From Candidatus Yanofskybacteria bacterium (GTDB lineage Bacteria > Patescibacteriota > Minisyncoccia > 2-02-FULL-40-12 > IGHO2-01-FULL-4-A), in the NCBI GenBank assembly GCA_016185545.1, contig JACPNJ010000005.1, positions 271,717 through 335,716 of the forward strand: a DNA stretch of 64,000 nt, read 5' to 3'. Of the stretch, positions 57,693 through 64,000 are shown piece after piece. A program made the position numbers and the translations under genes. Position 1 is the first letter of the stretch. Each line of letters opens with the position of its first letter. The notes under the pieces were generated by a model, which did not search any database, was not told the origin of the DNA, and saw only the letters and a program-made list of their open reading frames with translations.

Positions 57693-57941
57693 CTATACTT
57701 TTCCTATGATTTGCCATCTCTTGTCTTTCGACATCGGCTTTGTTTCCCGAATAACAACTTTATCCCCAATATGATACTCCCCCTTCTCATCATGCGCCTT
57801 AAATCGTTTGGTAATTTTGTAATATTTCTTGTATTTTGGGTGCTTCTTTAATCTTATAACCGAAACCACCACAGTTTTGGTCATTTTGTCCGACACTACG
57901 ATTCCCTTTAATTGTCTTATCTTTTTGATCAATTGTTTCAT
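57693..57941 (-). CDS. rpsQ: 30S ribosomal protein S17
   Basis: GIVVSDKMTKT, KAHDE. Confidence 0.96.
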   Translation of the reverse strand: MKQLIKKIRQLKGIVVSDKMTKTVVVSVIRLKKHPKYKKYYKITKRFKAHDEKGEYHIGDKVVIRETKPMSKDKRWQIIGKV

Positions 57942-58064
57942 GGCTTATTAAATTCAAAACTCAAATTTTAAATTTTAATTGAAATTTCGAATTCAAAATA
58001 TAAAATAACATTTTAATTTTAAGTTTGCGGTTTCATTTGATTTTTTGAATTTTGTAATTTGAAT

Positions 58065-58274
58065 CTATTTATTTTTGGGTTTCGCGATTCGTGCTTCAAT
58101 CTTAATTGCTGTTAAAATTCTCGCTATGTCTTTTTTGGTTTTTTTAATTTGGCTCACATCTTTCACTGACTTATTTGCCAGCTCAAATCTCAATTTCCCC
58201 AGCTTAATCTGCAACTCCTTAAGCATTTCGTTTAATTCAACTTGGGATTTAGATTGTATATCGCTAAATTTCAT
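58065..58274 (-). CDS. rpmC: 50S ribosomal protein L29
   Basis: KKDIARILT. Confidence 0.92.
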   Translation of the reverse strand: MKFSDIQSKSQVELNEMLKELQIKLGKLRFELANKSVKDVSQIKKTKKDIARILTAIKIEARIAKPKNK

Positions 58275-58303
58275 AAGCTGTAAAGCTATGGATCCGGAAA
58301 GTT

Positions 58304-58711
58304 TTATAGCTTTTTAATAAATCTGGTCTTAATCGGCAATTTGTGCGCCGCCAATCTTAATGCCTCCATAGCCGTTTTTTCGGTAACGCCATCCATCTCA
58401 AATAATATCCTGCCCGCTTCAACCGGTGCCACAAAATGAGATAACGATCCGGCACCACCGCCCATTCCGACTTCCGCGCCCTTTTGCGTCCGTGGTTTAT
58501 CGGGGAACACTCTTATCCATATCTTGCCACCGCGCTGAATGAAGTGGGTAATTGCTCGCCGTGCCGCTTCCAGCTGATTGGCCTTAAGCCAGCTTGATTC
58601 CATTGCCTTAAGACCGTAACTGCCAAAGCTCAAATAATACCCGCGCGTTGTGGTTTTTTTCAACGTTCCCTTGTGAACCTTGCGGTGTTTTATGCGTTTG
58701 GGCTGTAGCAA
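58304..58711 (-). CDS. rplP: 50S ribosomal protein L16
   Basis: GKIWIRVFPDKP. Confidence 0.97.
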   Translation of the reverse strand: MLQPKRIKHRKVHKGTLKKTTTRGYYLSFGSYGLKAMESSWLKANQLEAARRAITHFIQRGGKIWIRVFPDKPRTQKGAEVGMGGGAGSLSHFVAPVEAGRILFEMDGVTEKTAMEALRLAAHKLPIKTRFIKKL

Positions 58712-58798
58712 ACTAGCTGATAGCTGATAGCTGATAGCTGATAGCTTTTTGAAGTCAAGCTATAACCCATCACCTAAAAACTATAACCTTTGCGATTG

Positions 58799-59431
58799 TT
58801 AAAATCGCAAACCTTTATATATCCATACCTTAATTCCTACCGTTCCGTATGTCGTGTATGCGGTTGATTTTGCAAAATCTATGTCCGCCCTCAGTGTCTG
58901 CAACGGCAAGCTTCCTTGTTCAAGATGCTCCGTTCTCGCTATGTCATTGCCGTCCAGCCGTCCACCAACTGTAACTTTAGCGCCTTTTACATCACGGTTG
59001 GATATGATTTTAGCAAGTGATTGCTTTAACACGCGACGGTAAGGTAATCTTTTTTCTATCTGCTCAGCCATTTGTTCAGCAACTATTCTGGCTGAAGTTT
59101 CCGGATTTTTAAACTCCTGTATATCCAACCGAATCGCTGTTTTTCTCTTAATAAGTTTGATAACTTCGGCTTTTAAATCTTCGATGCCCGTACCGCCGCG
59201 GCCTATAATCAAACCCGGCCTTGCGGTGCGTATGGTAATGGCTAGAACATCCGGACTTCTTTCAATCTCTATATCATCTACACTCATGTTTTTGAGTTTT
59301 TTATCTAGAAATTTTCTGATTTCAACATCTTCTTTTAAAAATTCCGGATAATTTCTAACCTTAAACCAGCGGGATTTCCAATCCTTGTTTATCGAAACTC
59401 TTAATGATGTTGGGGAAATTTTCTGTCCCAT
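58799..59431 (-). CDS. rpsC: 30S ribosomal protein S3
   Basis: MGQK, ARPGLIIGRGG, PLQTLRADID. Confidence 0.97.
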   Translation of the reverse strand: MGQKISPTSLRVSINKDWKSRWFKVRNYPEFLKEDVEIRKFLDKKLKNMSVDDIEIERSPDVLAITIRTARPGLIIGRGGTGIEDLKAEVIKLIKRKTAIRLDIQEFKNPETSARIVAEQMAEQIEKRLPYRRVLKQSLAKIISNRDVKGAKVTVGGRLDGNDIARTEHLEQGSLPLQTLRADIDFAKSTAYTTYGTVGIKVWIYKGLRF

Positions 59432-59583
59432 GCAAATTTGTCCAATCGGACAAGCGTAATCGCGTAGTCCGATTGGGTAACAGATTTAGCACCCCGCCCT
59501 CTATGCACTTTAATAGCTTAGAGGGCGGGGTAACTAACTGTTACCGTACTCGTTCGCGTTGCTCACTGCGCTCGGACATTTAA
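59432..59583 (-). repeat. Tripartite hairpin element (rplV-rpsC spacer)
   Basis: Near-identical to 55026-55179. Confidence 0.9.
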
Positions 59584-60102
59584 TTAGATGGCTTTTCTTC
59601 TAAAAAACTTTTTTATCTTGCCTACCTGTCCGAATATTCCTCCCTTTTTGCCTAGTTCTTTTTTGATTTCCGGTTTTGATTTAGTTGGCATATTAACTTC
59701 TTTTGTTGTTTCGGTTATTTCTGCCGTTTCGGATTTTGGTATTATTTGTGATTTGGCTTTCAGACCGGGTACTTTTTCCTCCAACACAATCTTGATATGC
59801 GATGTCTTTTTCTCTATTGGTGAAGCCATGCCAAATCCTTTTGGCCTAAACCTTTTTAGTTTGGACCCTTCATTGACTATCACATCCTTAATAAACATAT
59901 TTTCCTTAACAAGGCCAAAACCATTATGCGCGTTAGCCATGGCCGAATCAAGCAATTTAGAAATAGGTTTGCTGGATTTTTTTATGATATAATCCAACTG
60001 GAACTTAGCCGAAATCGCGTCCATGCCCTTAATTGCACGCGCCACCAACCTAACCTTGCGCGGCGATATTCTTAGATTGTTTAATTGGGCTGTTATCTGC
60101 AC
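59584..60102 (-). CDS. rplV: 50S ribosomal protein L22 with C-terminal extension
   Basis: RISPRKVRLVA, TSHI. Confidence 0.96.
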   Translation of the reverse strand: MQITAQLNNLRISPRKVRLVARAIKGMDAISAKFQLDYIIKKSSKPISKLLDSAMANAHNGFGLVKENMFIKDVIVNEGSKLKRFRPKGFGMASPIEKKTSHIKIVLEEKVPGLKAKSQIIPKSETAEITETTKEVNMPTKSKPEIKKELGKKGGIFGQVGKIKKFFRRKAI

Positions 60103-60173
60103 TTATTCAGGTTACAGGTTACAGGTTACAGGTTACAGTTTTTAACTGTCCACTGATCACTGGAAACTGGTCA

Positions 60174-60512
60174 CTACTTTTTCTCTGGTTCCGCCTTTGC
60201 CGCTTGTGCCGCTTCAATCTCTTTTTGTTTGGCTGCGGCTTCTATTTCTTTTTGCATTCGTCCGCCGTGACGACTGAATCTTCTCGTCGGTGAAAACTCT
60301 CCCAACTTATGCCCAACCATATCTTCCGTCACAAAAACCGGTAAATGCGTCTTTCCATTATGCACCCCGAAAGTAAATCCGACCATTTGCGGTGTTATTG
60401 TTGATGCCCGCGCCCATGTCTTAATAATCGTTTTATCTCCAACCCTAAGCCGGCCGAGTTTTTTCAGCAACTTTTCATCCACATATACGCCTTTTTTAAT
60501 TGATCTGCTCAT
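60174..60512 (-). CDS. rpsS: 30S ribosomal protein S19
   Basis: [13 protein letters not shown]. Confidence 0.97.
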   Translation of the reverse strand: MSRSIKKGVYVDEKLLKKLGRLRVGDKTIIKTWARASTITPQMVGFTFGVHNGKTHLPVFVTEDMVGHKLGEFSPTRRFSRHGGRMQKEIEAAAKQKEIEAAQAAKAEPEKK

Positions 60513-60514
60513 GT

Positions 60515-61342
60515 TTATTTCTTTCTTCTTCGTACTATAAATTTACTTGATTTCTTTTTCTTGTTACGAGTTTTGACGCCAAGCGCAGGTTTGCCCCAAG
60601 GGGTTTTGGGGTGCGGCATACCAATGGGTTGTCTGCCTTCGCCGCCGCCGTGCGGATGGTCAACCGGATTCATAGCCGTTCCGCGCACCTTCGGCCGCCT
60701 TCCAAGATACCTTGCCCTGCCCGCCTTACCAAGCACAATTGAACTGTGCTCTGCATTTGACAACTGGCCGATTGACGCCATTACCTCACCGTGAAACCTA
60801 CGCACTTCAGAAGAAGGCATAACCACTTGCACATACTCACCCTCATGCGCCAATACCGTTGCTCCGCCGCCAGCCGATCTGACTGCTTGGCCGCCCCTGC
60901 CCGGCTGCAGTTCAATATTATGAATGATCGCGCCTTGTGGGATATTTTTAAGTTTCATCCGATTTCCCGGTTCTAACGCTGTTTTATCGGCAACAGTTAT
61001 GTTTCCGCCAGCTCTCAATCCTTCCGGAGCCAATATATATCTCTTATCCCCGTCAGCATAATGCAGCCGCGCGATCCTGACGGTGCGATTGGGATCGTAT
61101 TCAATTGAAAAAACTTTCGCTGGAACATTTATCTTATTCTGCTTGAAATCAATGATACGATACAACCGCTTAACCCCAGCTCCTCGGTGACGCGAAGTAA
61201 CTCTGCCTTGATTATTTCTGCCAACAGCACGACGAAAACCGGCCGTTAATGATTTTAACGGTTCCACGCGCGACAAATTAGAAAAATCATATCCCACCAT
61301 TTGTCTGCGCCCGGGGGTTGTAGGCTTATATATTTTGGACAT
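60515..61342 (-). CDS. rplB: 50S ribosomal protein L2
   Basis: [13 protein letters not shown]. Confidence 0.98.
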   Translation of the reverse strand: MSKIYKPTTPGRRQMVGYDFSNLSRVEPLKSLTAGFRRAVGRNNQGRVTSRHRGAGVKRLYRIIDFKQNKINVPAKVFSIEYDPNRTVRIARLHYADGDKRYILAPEGLRAGGNITVADKTALEPGNRMKLKNIPQGAIIHNIELQPGRGGQAVRSAGGGATVLAHEGEYVQVVMPSSEVRRFHGEVMASIGQLSNAEHSSIVLGKAGRARYLGRRPKVRGTAMNPVDHPHGGGEGRQPIGMPHPKTPWGKPALGVKTRNKKKKSSKFIVRRRKK

Positions 61343-61451
61343 AATTTAAAATGTAAACATCAAAGTGTAAAATTCTAGTATTCATTCGGGACAATTTTTT
61401 TAATTTTAAATTTTATATTGTCATTTTGCATTTTGATTTTTGAATTTTACA

Positions 61452-61850
61452 TTATTGAACAATATCTATCTTACTTCCCTCCTTCAACGTAACTATCGCT
61501 TTCTTAAATCCCGGCTTTCTTCCTTCATGTCTGCCAACCTGCCTGTGTTTTGACGGCATATGCAAGACGCGGACTTCGGCAACTTCTACCTTGTATAAAT
61601 TGCCGACAGCTTTCTTGATGTCGATTTTATTAGCATTTTCGGTAACCTTAAAAATATATTTATTCTGTTCACCCAAAACTGTTCCTTTTTCAGAAATGTG
61701 CGGCGACAAAACTACCCGATAAGAATGAGCGTCACCGCCCTTGGGCAAAGACGCCCCAGCCGGAAGCTCCGCACTTTCTTCCTTCTTTGGGATTTCTTTT
61801 TCTTTGTCAGCCACTTCTTTTTCTTTTATTTTTCGCTTAAATAAAGCCAT
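61452..61850 (-). CDS. rplW: 50S ribosomal protein L23 with N-terminal extension
   Basis: PHISEK, KKAIVTL. Confidence 0.93.
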   Translation of the reverse strand: MALFKRKIKEKEVADKEKEIPKKEESAELPAGASLPKGGDAHSYRVVLSPHISEKGTVLGEQNKYIFKVTENANKIDIKKAVGNLYKVEVAEVRVLHMPSKHRQVGRHEGRKPGFKKAIVTLKEGSKIDIVQ

Positions 61851-61923
61851 GGTCAGTTTCTAGTTTACAGCTTACAGTTTACAGTGAATTCTTAACTGAA
61901 AACTGACAACTGTAAACTGAAAA

Positions 61924-62583
61924 CTATAATCGAAAGGTTCTTTCGATTATAGGCACCGCATCTTTTAACAAAATCAGATATTTCTTTGTTAGCACATCTT
62001 TGATATTCAAACTATTCGCCGACGTTATTTCTATAAACGACAAATTATTTACCGCCCGCGCAATGTTTTTATCTTGGGCTGGAGCCACAAGCAAAATAGA
62101 GTTTTTTTTCTTTTTTGTCTCTCTGTAACCATCCAGTTTGGACGATAACATCTTGATTGAATTATTGGCAGCTTTTGTTTTGGGAGTTTCAAACCGTAAT
62201 TCGTCCAAAACAAGCAGTTCTTTATCATTTGCCTTACTGGATAGAGCCATAAATAAAGCCTTGCGCTTCATTTTTTTATTGATTTTCTTCTCAAAATTTC
62301 TTTCCTTGGTCGGTCCGAATGCCACACCCCCGTGTCTCCATATTGGCGAACGTATTGAGGCGTGCCTAGCCCGACCAGTTCCCTTCTGCCGCCATGGCTT
62401 CCGACCGCCACCACGCACCTCGCTACGATCCTTGGCGTGAGCAATCACCTGCCTTGAATTAGCCGCCTGCGCGTCAATCACTTGTTTAACTAATTCGGCG
62501 TTCATTGCCACACCAAAAATTTTGTCTGGCAAATCAACATCGCCAATTATTTCGCCTGATTGATTGAAAAGTTTTGTTTTCAC
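61924..62583 (-). CDS. rplD: 50S ribosomal protein L4
   Basis: KPWRQKGTGRAR. Confidence 0.97.
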   Translation of the reverse strand: MKTKLFNQSGEIIGDVDLPDKIFGVAMNAELVKQVIDAQAANSRQVIAHAKDRSEVRGGGRKPWRQKGTGRARHASIRSPIWRHGGVAFGPTKERNFEKKINKKMKRKALFMALSSKANDKELLVLDELRFETPKTKAANNSIKMLSSKLDGYRETKKKKNSILLVAPAQDKNIARAVNNLSFIEITSANSLNIKDVLTKKYLILLKDAVPIIERTFRL

Positions 62584-62607
62584 TTTTTATAATTTAAAAT
62601 TTATAAT

Positions 62608-63207
62608 TTATAATTTTTGAATTTCTAATAATGTTCCTCTCCTCCCCGGTAGCGCTCCCTTAACTGCCAACAAATTATTTTCTTTATCAATGTTCACGAT
62701 TTTTAATCCTCTCGCGGTTATTCGCTTGCCACCCATGCGGCCGGGCATTCGCATTCCTTTTAATGTGTGCTGTGGAAACCGCTGGCCGATTGAACCGCCG
62801 TGTCGCAAAACATGATGATGACCGTGGCTGGCGGGCATACCGTGAAATCCGTGTCTTTTAACAACACCCTGGAAACCCTTGCCCTTTGAAACTCCAGAAA
62901 CTTTAATAACATCACCGACATTAAAAACTGAAACATCTAACTCGTCACCCCTCTTTTTGCCACCAAGCGTCTTGGTTTCTTTTAATGTTTTAAGCGGCTT
63001 CAAATCTTTCAAGTGCCCGGACTTGGGCTTGTTGGGCTTCTTTTCTTTGCCAAAACCGACTTGCACCGCCTCATAGCCGTCTTTTCCCTTGGTTTTTATT
63101 TGCGTCACCGTAACAGGCCCGGCCTCAATTAAAGTTACCGGCGTAACCACTCCGTCTTCGTTGAAAATCTGGGTCATTCCAATTTTTTTGCCTAATAAGA
63201 ACGCCAT
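62608..63207 (-). CDS. rplC: 50S ribosomal protein L3
   Basis: GKKIGMTQ, SKGKGFQG. Confidence 0.97.
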   Translation of the reverse strand: MAFLLGKKIGMTQIFNEDGVVTPVTLIEAGPVTVTQIKTKGKDGYEAVQVGFGKEKKPNKPKSGHLKDLKPLKTLKETKTLGGKKRGDELDVSVFNVGDVIKVSGVSKGKGFQGVVKRHGFHGMPASHGHHHVLRHGGSIGQRFPQHTLKGMRMPGRMGGKRITARGLKIVNIDKENNLLAVKGALPGRRGTLLEIQKL

Positions 63208-63377
63208 TGTAACAAAAAACCGGACTTAGCCGGCACATTTAAAATACCAACTAAATCAAAAGGATAGCTTAGGTTTTATTAAAAATTAAAACCATTTATT
63301 ATATTATTCTGTTGCTCTCACAGAGATAAGAGTAACAAAGATGGCTGTACAAATTTTGCACAGTCATCTTTGTTTCC

Positions 63378-63713
63378 CTACATTTTTAATTCTATGTCTA
63401 CTCCTGCTGGTAGATTCAAGTTCATGAGCGAATCAATAATTTTGGAATTGGGACTGGAAATATCAATCAGCCGTTTGTGGACACGCATTTCAAATTGTTC
63501 CCGGGAATTTTTGTCTATGAAGGATGAGCGATTAACGGTATACTTGTGAATCTCTGTCGGTAACGGCACCGGACCGGTAACAGCACCACCGTTTCGCTCA
63601 ATTGTCTCAACGATCTGTTTGGCAGATTTATCTAAAATCTTATTATCATAAGCCCGCAGTTTTATTCTGATACGCTGGGCTGGTTCCGATGGTTTTTCTT
63701 TCTTAGTTGCCAT
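63378..63713 (-). CDS. rpsJ: 30S ribosomal protein S10
   Basis: [23 protein letters not shown]. Confidence 0.97.
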   Translation of the reverse strand: MATKKEKPSEPAQRIRIKLRAYDNKILDKSAKQIVETIERNGGAVTGPVPLPTEIHKYTVNRSSFIDKNSREQFEMRVHKRLIDISSPNSKIIDSLMNLNLPAGVDIELKM

Positions 63714-63754
63714 AATATAATGAGCTAAAGAACAGATTTCGTTTTATGGACTAA

Positions 63755-63799
63755 ACGAGCCCCTCCCCAGTTTGTGTCACAAACTGGGGAGGGGCTCGT
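63755..63799 (-). terminator. GC-rich stem-loop after tuf
   Basis: acgagcccctccccagtttgtg-t-cacaaactggggaggggctcgt. Confidence 0.7.
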
Positions 63800-63803
63800 C
63801 GTC

Positions 63804-64000
63804 CTAAGTAATAATCTTGGTCACAACGCCTGCCCCTACTGTCTTGCCTCCTTCCCTGATGGCAAAGCGCTGCTTTTCTTCCATGGCAATCGGAGCAATG
63901 AGTTTAATCTTCACATTAACTGTATCTCCCGGCATTACCATTTCGGTTCCTTCCGGCAGGGTTACATCCCCGGTTACATCGGTCGTCCTAAAGTAAAATT
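63804..64000 (-). CDS. tuf: Elongation factor Tu, 3' end (partial)
   Basis: [10 protein letters not shown]...MVMPGD...[16 protein letters not shown]. Confidence 0.97.
   Translation of the reverse strand, partial: FYFRTTDVTGDVTLPEGTEMVMPGDTVNVKIKLIAPIAMEEKQRFAIREGGKTVGAGVVTKIIT

Noticed and set aside
63208-63377. Possible r-protein autoregulatory leader before rplC
   Set aside because: Hairpins are present but cannot be distinguished from a terminator plus promoter.
1-64000. Alternative genetic code or selenocysteine
   Set aside because: TGA terminates conserved genes (gap, rplN, map); the only internal TGA seen is the prfB shift site, and DUF3179 has ordinary Cys.

Overview
Fragment of a reduced bacterial genome, most likely Patescibacteria/CPR (Parcubacteria-like). 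This is inferred from the absence of rpmD/uL30 between rpsE and rplO, a DUF4012 protein, a GspG-like pilin and mostly SD-less genes. TGA is used as stop (code 11) and almost all genes are on the minus strand. Bases 1-26.6 kb, downstream of tRNA-Gln, are accessory: gap, an MQO-like enzyme, a locus with a secreted repeat-peptide precursor, a TraB/Tiki-like protease, a response regulator, HtrA and an FNR-PAS hybrid kinase, then an ArsR-controlled thiol-redox cluster, a P-type ATPase and a GIY-YIG nuclease. Bases 26.6-64 kb are core: ftsEX, frameshifted prfB, 3 tRNAs, lepA, glycosyltransferases, an enlarged RNase P RNA, rnhA, pgk, tpiA, map-adk-secY, the spc/S10 ribosomal protein operons and the 3' end of tuf. 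The most striking signals are (i) a candidate peptide-signalling or self-assembling repeat-peptide system at 5-13 kb, (ii) several families of tiny palindromic elements that insert at start codons, in frame inside core enzymes, inside RNase P RNA and in most ribosomal-protein spacers, and (iii) an unannotated 26-aa Cys-rich peptide gene that shares its promoter/operator with arsR. All protein assignments come from motif recognition by eye, not from database searches.
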